Origin: Octopus bimaculoides
Lineage: Eukaryota
Reading direction: 5' to 3'
Assembly: GCF_001194135.2 (NCBI RefSeq)
Contig: NC_068982.1
Span: 1,867,630 to 1,931,629 of the forward strand
Length of the DNA stretch: 64,000 bases
The translations under genes and the position numbers were made by a program. Below, one piece after another: positions 39,523-52,588 of the stretch (within the stretch, counting starts at the first letter, position 1; every line of letters begins with the position of its first letter). The notes below the pieces were generated by a model. It was not told the DNA's origin. It made no database searches and worked only from the letters and a program-made list of their open reading frames with translations.

Positions 39523-40349
39523 GGTTCTTCAACTGCTCTAGTTGCCATGAGCCGAATACGCATACACATCCGCGCACATGCACACACGCTTTCGCGGACA
39601 CACGCACATACACACCGTCACTCTCAATGTATCTCTTTCATTCACGCGCACACACTTACGCACGCACGCTTACAGTTTTCTGTTTACTTTTGTTCATTTA
39701 TCATTAAATTTTTTGTTGCTAATGCTGTTGGATTAAAACATGTATGAATAGCGAGAGTGGATATTCATCAGAGACAGGATGGGCTGACGATGTGAGACAA
39801 AGAAAAGAGAAACAGCGAGAAGGAAGCGCAGATGAAGTTTGTTATTGCACGGCCACCGTTCTATTTATTAATCATATCAGTATTCAGCATCCATCTGCAA
39901 TAGATAGACTGCCAGCAGGATGAGAAGGGGTTGCTGTTTCAATCCCGGTGCAAGTCGTAATACAACACTTTGGCCACAATTGTTTCCAAAATGCGCCAAA
40001 CTTTAACATTACTCGTTTAGTGTGTGTGAGAGACTCTGTGTGCAAGTGTGTGTGTGCGTGTGACTTTGTGTATACAGATAGATATAGATATATATGTGTG
40101 TAAGGTAGATATGTATATATATATATATATGTTACTGTTATGTTTAGATAGAATGAACAAAGAAGTCCTCCATCCAGTGAGAGATAAGTATCATTCAATG
40201 TACACTATTTTAAAATAAAAGCTACAAATAGTTTCTTGCCATTGAGACACGTGTTTAAGCACGTTATAAAAATTTGCCCATCCATATTTCTCAAGGTAAA
40301 AAGGTATATGTAGCTCTTATTTTAATACAGTGTACAATGAAGTATATAA

Positions 40350-40386
<37 letters not shown>

Positions 40387-40440
40387 TAGTAAAATTAAAA
40401 ACACCAAGTCCTTGGTACAGTAATATATATTTGAAAAAAA

Positions 40441-40655
40441 GGTGGCGAGCTGGCAGAAACGTTAGCACGCCGGGCGAAATGCTTGTCGGTATTTCATCTG
40501 CCTTTACGTTCTGAGTTCAAATTCCGTTGAGGTCGACTTTGCCTTTCATCCTTTCGGGCTCGATAAATTAAGTACCAGTTGTGTACTGAGGCCCATCTAA
40601 TCCACTGGCCCCTCCCCCAAAATTTCGGGCCTTTATGCCTCGAGTAAAAAAGAAT
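40441..40655 (+). mobile_element. tRNA-derived SINE family B, full length
   Basis: ggtggcgagctggcagaaacgttagcacgccgggcgaaatgc..gagttcaaattcc (B box)..gtcgactttgcctttcatcctttcggg; at least five other copies in the window. Confidence 0.92.
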
Positions 40656-41077
40656 ATATATTTGAAAAAGTGAACAGAAACACTTTTCAGATAGTTTTTT
40701 TCACTTCAATGGTTAGATGTTGATAAAACGTAAGCTTCTTATTATTAAAGTGGAAAATTATGTCTACCATACCTGGAAGAAGAGATGACGTCGATAAGTC
40801 AATGATCTTCCTCGTATGGTAAAGAATACACCCTTTTTCATTTTTATCGTCTTTGTTGCTTAAACGCATGATATTGTTAAGATTAGTAAAAAAGAAAAAA
40901 ACCCCAAAAAACTCCGCGCATTCCTGTGGCCGTTTGTGAGGTTCTAGCTGATCACCATCCTATATTGTAAAAACCATGGTTGTGCTCCAGTTGGACTGGT
41001 TCTTACACAATGATATACAAGCCAAAAATAAGGGTCATTACATATTCTTCCCTACTGCAATGAAGGAAATTATGTAC

Positions 41078-41135
<58 letters not shown>

Positions 41136-41387
41136 NNNNNNNNNNNNNNNNNNNNNNNNNNNNNNNNNNNNNNNNNNNNNNNNNNNNNNNNNNNNNNNNN
41201 NNNNNNNNNNNNNNNNNNNNNNNNNNNNNNNNNNNNNNNNNNNNNNNNNNNNNNNNNNNNNNNNNNNNNNNNNNNNNNNNNNNNNNNNNNNNNNNNNNNN
41301 NNNNNNNNNNNNNNNNNNNNNNNNNNNNNNNNNNNNNNNNNNNNNNNNNNNNNNNNNNNNNNNNNNATATATATAAAACTTTGATAG

Positions 41388-41975
41388 GTTTCGGCCAGTG
41401 TAGGCCCAGGTCATGTCTAACTTAATACCACCACCTAGCGAAGTCTTTTAGTCATACGTGGGGTACCATGGCCCACTCTAGCAAAGAGTTATTATATTGT
41501 TGGATACATATTCAGGCGTAGGAGGTTGGTCCGGGATTTTTTGAAGAAATTTTTCCAGTGAACTTTTGAATTTTATGGGATCCGTTTCCGTTTTGACGTA
41601 TTTTGGTTTGGTATTAAAGAAAGCTAGACCGGTTGAGGTAAAGTACTTGTGACGTAATGTTGCTAGGTGTCCTGAGTTTGATTTTTGTAGTGAGTCGAGA
41701 ACACGAGGGGCCAAGGTTTGGATGGCCAACATCGTTTGTGCAATATTGATGGAATATCTTCCACATTACACAAATGATGTAGCGCTCCTGGCGCCGTTGA
41801 AGGGAGTAGATTGATTTTGTTTTAGTCGACCCCAATAATCAATGCCTCTCATGCCGTCTATCTTTCTTGTTATTGACCTCTGGATTGCTTCCACTTTCAT
41901 AATGAGTTGCTTCGTATGGGGAGACCACAGTGGGCAACAGTATTCAAGGTGGGGTCGGGCTAAAGTAGAGGATAG
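41388..41975 (-). mobile_element. CR1/L2-like LINE, 5'-truncated 3' end
   Basis: STLARPHLEYCCPLWSPH..KVEAIQRSITRKIDGM..DYWGRLK; IYSLQRRQERY; FKSSLEKFLQKIPDQP. Confidence 0.9.
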
Positions 41976-42193
41976 AGTAGAGAAGGATGATGGTGTGGGT
42001 ATCTCGAGACCGGAAAGTTCTGAATATATCGGCAAGAATACTTATAGCATTATAATTTCAGTTGAACAAGGATACGAAACCTTTTCTTCTGTGAAAACGT
42101 AGTATCTTTAAATTTTTATTTTTCATACATATAAAGACAGAATATAATTATTCACCACTCATCTTAAAAAGACAAACTTGTTTTAATTCCACA

Positions 42194-42247
<54 letters not shown>

Positions 42248-42729
42248 GTGTGTCTATCTATCTGTGTGTCTATCTTTATCTGTCTATGTGTGTGTNNNNN
42301 NNNNNNNNNNNNNNNNNNNNNNNNNNNNNNNNNNNNNNNNNNNNNNNNNNNNNNNNNNNNNNNNNNNNNNNNNNNNNNNNNNNNNNNNNNNNNNNNNNNN
42401 TGTGTGTGTGTGTGTGTGTGTGTGTGTATTTTAACGTATTTTGGACTTGTTCTCAGTGTTTCCATCACCATGTACACACACACACACACACACACAAACG
42501 CACACACACACACAATATATATATACGTATGAATGTCTGTATAAACATATATGCCTCTCACTACTCTTTAGGAGTAATGCTTGCAATATGCGTCGTTTCC
42601 AATATATTAGGTTTTCTTTCTGAATGTAGAAAATATTTCCAATTTCTTTCTAGTTTATTAGAGAAAAAACATGAAATTCTTTTCTGAAACCGCCTTTTTT
42701 TTAAAGTCGTTTTATATTGACCGTATTTT

Positions 42730-43260
42730 GATCATCAAAATTCTAGGTATTTGTCTACCCGTTGGTCAGGTGGGTCTGAAAGCCCCAACTGTGCATATCC
42801 CGTCTTTTTTTTTTCAGTGTTGCTTGATTTAGGATCACTTTTTGCAGTGTATCATTCCTTTCGTTTGAGACAGTAGTTTTTAACTGGTTGGGAAGCGGAA
42901 AGAGCCTTGCCTGTTATTTCTATGCGGTCAAACGAATTGTATGATAGGGTGGCTGCCGTTGTTGACTTGACCGTTTCCTCTTTAGACGAGTTGGGGAATT
43001 AGTTTCCACTCGTCTATCTACTTTCTAATACAAAGACAATAATGTGTGGTTTCAGAGATGTTGGCAACTACTTTTCACACATCGAGCTGCGGCGTTGTTG
43101 TCAAGAGTGTATTTCCTATGTATATCAATGTGTTGAACTGTGTTAGATTCTGAATAGATTCTTGGTATATCCAAATGATGGATTTGATCGACTACTCTAC
43201 GATTTGCGACATTATTTCTCATTTTAGATATCTCTCTTTTGTTGTCTATTAACACACTTC
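42730..43260 (-). mobile_element. Possible highly degenerate CR1-like fragment
   Basis: Scattered motifs QQRR, TLSYNSF, RLF.LP, VDKYLE in different frames. Confidence 0.3.
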
Positions 43261-43497
43261 CTCGCTTTGATTTCGTGTATTACCTTACCTCCTTAAAGTA
43301 CATTCATCCATAACACACGAAACAGGAATTTTCTGTTCTAAATTGGAAGCTTTTTTTGCCCTCAATATTTTCATATTTTCATTCATAAAACTTTTGCTTA
43401 TATTATGAAGACAATACTTGTACAAGACACGCAAAGTTGAAACTGCAGTTAAGAAACACTGTCACCGAGTAACCACAATTACTCTGTATAGTCACAG

Positions 43498-43593
43498 GTT
43501 CTTGCCAAAAGGGATGGTCGCCGTCGTCATCATGGATCGCGTTCAGCTTGGAATCTCATGTTTTTGACGCGAACTTCAGGAATCAAATCTCAG
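43498..43593 (+). other. Candidate 96-nt symmetric exon
   Basis: gtcacAG acceptor, CAG|GTAAAT donor, CpG-rich, open in two frames. Confidence 0.35.
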
Positions 43594-44649
43594 GTAAATG
43601 TCCCCCTTGAATACGATGCAAATTTATCACAATACTATTTCAGAGATCCTGCTATTTATATAAAAAGCCTATTGAAGCAATACGGATTTTTATGACCAAT
43701 TAGGAATCACACAACCATCTTCTTTAAAAGTCTATGCTTTGTCGTACAGCGACAAAATACTGCTCAGCCTCTCTGTAGTTCGAATGCCTTTTCTGGTTGG
43801 CCATTTCGTGCCACATATGCTTTGTGCTCACGATTAGCAGATTACTTAATAGCCTGGTTAGAGACGGGTTGTGCACTGCTGAACACAAGTCTTCGCTGAT
43901 AATCTAATGATATAACATATTCATTTTAGATGACTATACATGATTTTCTTTAATTTTTTCTAAGTAGTTAGCGTGCAGGAAATGTTGCAATTAGTTGAGG
44001 TCATCCAAACGGTAAATCTATATGTTAGTATTTGTTTCAAAAATTTCCTGGCTGGACTTTAAATGATTTTTCATCAGCACACGAGTATAAATATATGATA
44101 GCAATATTAAATAATATATCTTGCAGCTCCACAGTATTTATCTTATAATGCATGTTGTGCTGCTCATCCCTTGAAAAACCTCTCATTCAAAATAAGGCCG
44201 TCAATCCTGACCGAAGAAGTTGATTTTCTGCTCAACGTTGTATATCCAATAAAACGTGCTTTAGATGATAATGTTTCTACATATAGAAAACCTTATCAGA
44301 AAACAAAAGCCTGACTAAGAGAATTCATCGTATAAACATCACATAATTTCTCTTCCAATGCAGTATTGTTAGTACGAGCAGACAAGTAAAAACGTTCCTT
44401 TTCATCTTGTTTGGTTGTCTTATTGATCGAAGAGTCTGTACGTTTCGAAGTTTAAATCTAGTGTCAGTTCTATTAACCTTAACCACTTAACTTCGAACCA
44501 CAGTTGATAAAGTGGAAACTCAGTGAATGTATCCTCAGCCTGTTTGGTGTCACTGATGTTGTGTGAACGGTAAGACACTGAAATCAAATGTGCATATTTC
44601 CCTAGAGTAATTATTCTTTCTCATATACGTTTGCAGGAAAATATCATGG

Positions 44650-45613
44650 ACTCTATGCAGAAGCATGCTGCTGTCATTGAGCTCTTGGCAGTGACTGCTT
44701 GGAATGCAAACAAAGCAATAGGTTATTGTTTATCGAAATGACACCATTGACATGAAGAATGTGCACAGTTAGATGCAGAGATTTAAAGTCGTGGAAACAT
44801 CATTCAAGAGAAATCATGCATTGGAAAAATAGCGATATCTGACAGTAATCGGCTGTAAGTGGAGGAATTGGCTTGCGCAGACAGACCCGCCATAATGTGT
44901 GAGCTTACTAAACAACTGGACTCTGGTCACAATGCATTGCAGAAGATAATGGAACCGTTTAAAGGTAATGAAGATAATTATTTACTTAATCTTGTGACAG
45001 ATTGGAAACGAAAGCTGAGTCTATGGAAGGTTGTCACACTCCACATTCTATGCAGCTTAAGAACAAGTGATCGGCACAGAAAATTATAGTGTGGGCATCG
45101 TTCTCATTGACGCTTTTGAAACATGGTTGTACTGCGAATAACGAGAAGCAAATTGACAGGGCTAAAAGTGTTAGAGAAATCCTAGGGAGGAGGAGACCAC
45201 ACAAGACTGAAAATGACCCACATTCACCATCACATTGCACAATAACACACGGCATTGGCAAGAGATCATGTAATTAGTAAAATGGGAAGCAAATTAGCCC
45301 ACTCACCCCATCCACAGTATATAATCCCTCCAAGTTTCCCTTGTTCCATCTGGAGATATGGATTTCATGATAAAAACAAGATGAATGAGGTTGTGAAGAA
45401 ACGAGCGCAGAACTGAACATCTGAATATTTTTCCAACTCGAATCACAAGTTAGGTTCAATAACGGCACAAATGCATCGCTTGGGATGAAGATTTTGTTGA
45501 CAAGAATCTTTCAACTGAGAAAGGGTTAATGTACGCGGCGGTTCAGTTTAAACAACCTATGTCAGTTATTAAAGTTATAAGCACTTGGCATTACTTTCGG
45601 GACAATTTTCATA
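44650..45613 (+). mobile_element. Decayed mariner-family transposon
   Basis: MQKHAAVIELL start, VEELACADRP..ELTKQL HTH-like segment, REILGRRRP, WE..H.P; right end rc tatgaaaattgtcccgaaagtaatgcc is mariner-TIR-like; left TIR not found. Confidence 0.6.
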
Positions 45614-46799
45614 GATTAAATCAAAGATTTTAAACAGCGTCCCAGCCAAGCGATGATTTATGTGACTCACCGCCTATGAACATCATAGCATCAACATAAC
45701 CGCAGTAGGAGATTACAAAGCAAAACGATTGATGTCATGTGAAACATAGAGGTAATAAAACTTGAGTGATGTTCTTGGCACCTTCATCGAGATAAAGCAG
45801 ATAACATATTAACTAGATAATCAATAGAATGTTCAGAATTTAAAAGGGGACTAATTATTGTGCGCCGACGTAGGCTTGATATTATATTTAGCTACAAACA
45901 CATCTGATCTCGATCTGTCAGCTGAGATAGCTTATATGGAGCGTTCATGTATCTATGGTTTTAGATTGGCTTTTAGGTTGTTATATTTGTATTTTGTTCT
46001 TTCGTTATTCTTTTTATTCTTAATCCATTTTCAATGGCATAACATAAATCTCCACAGAATCATTGTTAACTTTTACTGCAACGGATCAATTTTCACCAGA
46101 TCTGATTGTACTACATTTGACTAGCATCAGATTTAGTATGAAAAGCTAACATTGAAAAAGTAATAATAATAATAATAATAATAACATAACTCGGTACTGT
46201 CCCTCCCCAAGCTTTGTCTACAGTAACATCCCTTATCCTTCACTCGCCCCAGGACACTGGGTGTGGCTCGGCAAGTGACTGTAACAAACATGCAGATTAA
46301 AAGTAAAATAATAATAAAATAATAATAATAATGAAGACAACGATGATGATGACTTACAGTGTGGGTGTTCACAACTAATGAAAAGGACGATAGTGATGTG
46401 GTCCTCACTATACAGGAGGACCTATAGGGAGCATCAAGGCACTCCACTGTCCAAGATCTCTCTAAATACGAAGGGCAATTGCCCTCTTCAGTGCCTGTTC
46501 CTGCTCTCACAAATCTACCATCCACTCTTGTCATTTTCGCAGCTTTCACCCACTTTTAATAATTTCGGTCGAGGACAGCAACAAGAGTCATAATAACATC
46601 AACAATATTAACAACAAAAATTGTATCGGATTTAATCGCATATATCGATCTTCAATTAATGATGCTATTTAATTCCATGTATTTGTCCCCGGATCTCACC
46701 GCTCCACCTCTTTTGTCCATCATCTTCGTATTGTTTATTGTAGTCTGATAGATTTATATTCTCACTGGAGAATGTGTGTGAAATAGGAATCTAATCCTA

Positions 46800-47182
<383 letters not shown>

Positions 47183-47516
47183 TCTGGGAGTGATTGTATA
47201 AACTGGCAATCAAACCTCAAATAAAAGCAATCGACTGAAGTCTCCTCTGAAATTGCTATCCTTGTATCTAAATTAGAAACAATGATATAATTTCAGCCGT
47301 TAGGTACACAGCTGGTAAAATACCGAACTAATTATCTTGTTTTTTGTGTTATGATTTAATTGGAATTATGTTGGAGGGGTTGTATTTTCGCTCCCACGCG
47401 TTCCTACTCTATTAACGACCTACTTTCCTTGTTATATTAAATGAACTATATCCGTTTTCAGCAAAAAGTATTATACGCTTTAATAAAACTTCAGTATTAT
47501 TATGTAAAATGGGTAA

Positions 47517-47745
47517 GGCAGCGAACTGGCCGAATCGTTAGCGTGCTGGACGAAATGCTTAGAAATATTTCGCCCATCGCTACGTTCTGAGTTCAAATTC
47601 CGCCGAGGTCGACTTTGCCTTTCCTCCTTTCAGAGTCGATAAATTAAGTACCAGTTACGCACTGAGGTCGATGTAATCGACTAGTATTCTCCCCCCCCCC
47701 AAAAAAAAAAATTCAGGCCTTGTGCCTATAGTAGAAAGGATTATT
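47517..47745 (+). mobile_element. SINE family B
   Basis: ggcagcgaactggccgaatcgttagcgtgctggacgaaatgc..gagttcaaattccgccgaggtcgactttgcc. Confidence 0.92.
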
Positions 47746-47981
47746 ATGTAGAATTATTAAAAAAAAAACAAAAAAAAAAAACAAACAAACCCAAAACATG
47801 ATCTCTTATAAATTTCAGCATACACTACATTTATTTGGTCTGAAATTTTATCCAAAAACGACAAAACTAGAAACCGCACAATCAAAGTGTTATGGTTTTA
47901 ATTGATGTACAAAGTTTTACGAAACCCCGTGACAAGGGAATGAAACGAAAATAGTAGCAACGTATATATTATACTGTAAAT

Positions 47982-48291
47982 ATTTACATTTGACGGATAT
48001 TTGTCCTCATCTTGTTTGTTGTTAACACAACCTTTCGGCTGATATACCCTCCAGCCTTTATCAGGTGTCTTGGGGAAATTTCGAACCTGGGTTCTCATTC
48101 CTAAGGTATTTTTCAATGTTGTTATTATTATTATTATTGTTATTATCATTATTATTATTATTATTATTTAGGTCACTGCCTGGAGTCGAACTCGGAATCC
48201 TGGGATTAGTAGCCTGCACTCTTAACCACTATGCCATATGCTCACGGGCAACAACAAACAAGATGAGGACAAATATTCGTCGAATGTAAAT
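47982..48291 (-). mobile_element. tRNA-headed SINE with hammerhead-type tail and 42-bp inverted arms
   Basis: Minus head 48171-48241 (TGGCATAGTGG A box, GAGTTCGACTCC B box); hammerhead-like 48023-48070; inverted arms 47982-48023 and 48250-48291 (40/42 match). Confidence 0.85.
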
Positions 48292-48945
48292 AATGTATTA
48301 CTTAGGTTGATTAATAACTTAGAATAACATGTCAAGGTAGAATATAATACTATTTTGGAAGATTTCTTTTGCTTACCTGTTTTATAACGTAGATTCTCCA
48401 AATAAATGATCCACAGGTAATTTTATCCCTGTTCTTTGCCTGTGCTTCAGTTTTTGTTTATCTGGCATAAACAGCGCATCATCACAATTTCCTCGGGTCC
48501 CAAACAATTATATTTCTTATCTGTTTTCTTTATATTGTAAAGGAAAATTATATTTTCAAGATTACTGCTGCGACACGGACTTTATTTGCCGATGAAATCA
48601 GCTGTTGGAGCTAATTCCTTGTTAGTATTAAAACAATCTAGGTTATTGCCACCAAGGCAATTTCTTTGCTTCTCTCTTATTTAAAATATCCCTCTGTATT
48701 CTATATAACATAATGTCCATTCTTAAATTATAACAGCTGAGCTATGAAGTATATAACTGACAATGCTATGTAGGCGTTCACCACTCCCCCTAGCCTTAGC
48801 GAAGAGCTTCCGCTCAACCCATTTCTGAATAAGATTGGGTATACTTATCATCTGGTCCCAGTTCTTGTCCATATTCTAGACCAAACTAGACCCCAAACAA
48901 AATAACAGATCTATATGTTTAGTGACCTACAGTGCTGTCTAGCAG

Positions 48946-49006
<61 letters not shown>

Positions 49007-49028
49007 CGATAGATAGATAGATGTACAT

Positions 49029-49061
<33 letters not shown>

Positions 49062-49651
49062 ATCTAGTTAAACCATTATCGTACTAATAAATAATATATG
49101 CATATATTAAATATATTGTCTGACACTGGCTTCACTCAAAGAACTTCGAATAATATTCTTGTTTAAAAATAAATGCATTTTCTATATACATACATACGCA
49201 CGCACGCACAGACACACACACATGTATGTATGTATGAAGGTATTGAAATTATAACCTATGTTACGGGCATATTCTAAATAAACATATCGTCCATCACACT
49301 GTGAATGCAATGCTCGTGGTTAAACCACCAACCTCTCATCAGTCAGCAAACAAGAGAGAGTATCGACTATTGATTGGTTTCGAATTACTTCAAAGCTATC
49401 ACTAGCATTCGTTGCTGAGATACGCTAACACATATCTACATATACATTATGTAAACGTGATGAGGATAAAATAGAGGTGGGTAAAAAAGATTTTGACAAT
49501 TGTTTTAACAAAAGTACAAACTAATCGATAGTCGATTCACTCCGGATCTCTAGTTACTGGGCGCATTCGGAGTTAAACATTGTGGTTATTTTTACAGGCG
49601 GCTTAAAATAACGGTTACATCGTGGAACAGACAATTTATTGGTTAAAAATC

Positions 49652-49689
<38 letters not shown>

Positions 49690-49699
49690 TATAAGAGAA

Positions 49700-50072
49700 A
49701 CTAGAATGGTATCATAGGCACTTTAGAAACCAGAGAGTAGCGAAAGTTGTAACTTGCTAGAAATGCATTGTCAATAGTCTGTGAAACTTTTGAATTTAAC
49801 ATGGAACACAGAGCTGAAATCTCTGGATATGCAAGGTGTTGAGTTGCAACTCACTGAACTGTTCAGAGATTCAAAGTATGGGGGCGTCTTGACCGTTGAC
49901 TGAACACTATTCTATTTTTTTTTCTCCGTGTTTTTCTCCTTGTCTCCGTATTCTTTCTGTTGAAGAGCGTAGCTCGAAACGTCAAAGACTTTCCGTATTC
50001 CCGAGCGTCATACTAATATATACTTTTGTTATTTACACCACCTGTCCTCGTCTGTTGTTATTATTTGTATAT
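49700..50072 (+). mobile_element. Penelope-like 3' end/pLTR with hammerhead-like motif
   Basis: TCTTT-CTGTTGA-agagc-gta-gctc-GAAAC-GTC-AAAGA at 49952-49988; same pLTR family as 59360-59470. Confidence 0.65.
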
Positions 50073-50076
50073 TCTC

Positions 50077-50137
<61 letters not shown>

Positions 50138-50339
50138 GATATTAATGGTTATACTAATATCAGTGGCTTAGCATGCATAAAAAATCCCATAACGGAAAAA
50201 ATTATCAATTAATAATTAAGGGTAGTAACAAACATGTGGTTTGGTCATTTTGGCTGCTATATTTCGCATGCCGGTATTGTTTGTTAGTATCATTAATTAT
50301 TAATATATATACATATATATATATGCAGCATTCAAACGA

Positions 50340-50775
50340 TGCTTGTACAACCACAGGTCCTCTTTGAGGATTCGTTACATCCTTGGCCAGCCACGTGTGG
50401 GGCCTCAAAAATGAAAGGACTCCATACGATACCAAGTGGAGGATCTCAGAGACGCCGGCATCCTACACTATTGCAAGCTTTGTATAGCCGAACAAGCAAG
50501 GATTCTCAAAATCTTTCTGAAACCTGGATCATTGAATACACGCTAGGAAACTTACGTTCGTTGCATCAACTCGAAACGCTACCTGCTGCAAGCATGGGAT
50601 TCCCCTTTCAGCGATTGGACACGTAAGGGTCCTTACGATAGAAAAGCAGCCCAAGGGAAAAATCCCCTGTTGCTCTTTTCGCCCACAAGAAATTGGAGGA
50701 GAGGAGATAACCCGTCCTCAATAACCCCCGGACTATTTATTCTTTGGTGATTTACTGACCAAATGGCCGTAAATA

Positions 50776-50780
<5 letters not shown>
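50340..50780 (+). mobile_element. Penelope-like GIY-YIG endonuclease C-terminal fragment
   Basis: YNHRSS..TSLASHVWGLKN..KWRI..Y / CKLCIAEQARI..LNTR*E..RCINSKRYLL with frameshifts. Confidence 0.8.
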
Positions 50781-50811
<31 letters not shown>

Positions 50812-51726
50812 ATATACATATATATATANNNNNNNNNNNNNNNNNNNNNNNNNNNNNNNNNNNNNNNNNNNNNNNNNNNNNNNNNNNNNNNNNNNNNNNN
50901 NNNNNNNNNNNNNNNNNNNNNNNNNNNNNNNNNNNNNNNNNNNNNNNNNNNNNNNNNNNNNNNNNNNNNNNNNNNNNNNNNNNNNNNNNNNNNNNNNNNN
51001 NNNNNNNNNNNNNNNNNNNNNNNNNNNNNNNNNNNNNNNNNNNNNNNNNNNNNNNNNNNNNNNNNNNNNNNNNNNNNNNNNNNNNNNNNNNNNNNNNNNN
51101 NNNNNNNNNNNNNNNNNNNNNNNNNNNNNNNNNNNNNNNNNNNNNNNNNNNNNNNNNNNNNNNNNNNNNNNNNNNNNNNNNNNNNNNNNNNNNNNNNNNN
51201 NNNNNNNNNNNNNNNNNNNNNNNNNNNNNNNNNNNNNNNNNNNNNNNNNNNNNNNNNNNNNNNNNNNNNNNNNNNNNNNNNNNNNNNNNNNNNNNNNNNN
51301 NNNNNNNNNNNNNNNNNNNNNNNNNNNNNNNNNNNNNNNNNNNNNNNNNNNNNNNNNNNNNNNNNNNNNNNNNNNNNNNNNNNNNNNNNNNNNNNNNNNN
51401 NNNNNNNNNNNNNNNNNNNNNNNNNNNNNNNNNNNNNNNNNNNNNNNNNNNNNNNNNNNNNNNNNNNNNNNNNNNNNNNNNNNNNNNNNNNNNNNNNNNN
51501 NNNNNNNNNNNNNNNNNNNNNNNNNNNNNNNNNNNNNNNNNNNNNNNNNNNNNNNNNNNNNNNNNNNNNNNNNNNNNNNNNNNNNNNNNNNNNNNNNNNN
51601 NNNNNNNNNNNNNNNNNNNNNNNNNNNNNNNNNNNNNNNNNNNNNNNNNNNNNNNNNNNNNNNNNNNNNNNNNNNNNNNNNNNNNNNNNNNNNNNNNNNN
51701 NNNNNNNNNNNNNNNNNNNNNNNNNN

Positions 51727-52082
51727 NTCTATCTATCTATCTATCTATCTATGTATCTGTCTATCTATCTATCTGTCTATCTATCTGTCTATCTATCTGT
51801 CTATCTATCTATCTGTCTATCTATCTGTCTATCTGTCTATCTATCTCTCTATCTGTCTGTCTATCTATCTGTCTGTCTATCTCTCTATCTGTCTATCTAT
51901 CTGTCTATCTATCTGTCTATCTGTCTGTCTATCTATCTGTCTGTCTATCTATCTATTGTCTATCTGTCTCTATGTGTCTATTTATCCATCTACCTACCTA
52001 CCTACCTACCTACCTACCTACCTACCTACCTACTCCTATATATATATATGTATATATACACACACACATATAAATATGTATG
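51727..52082. repeat. (ATCT)/(GTCT)/(ACCT) tetranucleotide array
   Basis: Direct reading. Confidence 0.95.
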
Positions 52083-52141
52083 TATACGTCTCCTGTCCAA
52101 TTCAGGATCACAACGCATAAATACACTGTAACATAATTTCT

Positions 52142-52402
52142 TTTCCTCAACAGACACTGCCCTATTTAACAGTCCCGAAACAGATCAAAGAGGAAAAGGA
52201 TCCCATCACCTTTAAACGGAATCTGGACAAATTTATTCAAGGAATACCAGATAAGCCGCCTATACCTGGATACAACTCACTCAACAAAGAGCTCCCTACT
52301 CGAATGGATCATGATACCACGAAACTTAAGAATGATTTAGATAATCCTATCAGGTGGTGCTATTAAGTTACACATGGCCTGGACCAATCTTTGGTCGTAA
52401 CA
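52142..52402 (+). mobile_element. CR1/L2-like LINE 3' end (relative of 41388-41975)
   Basis: VPKQIKEEKDPITFKRNLDKFIQGIPDKPP vs PKYVKTETDPIKFKSSLEKFLQKIPDQPP; shared 3' UTR motif. Confidence 0.85.
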
Positions 52403-52543
52403 TATTTAAGTTATCTATGAGTGCGTGTGTTACATAAAATGAGACAACAATGCAAGGCTGTGAGGAATTTTCAGGACATTTATAAAGAGGAAGTTAGTAT
52501 TACAGCTGTTTCTGGGATATTAGAGATATCCCCTCATCAGAGA

Positions 52544-52588
<45 letters not shown>

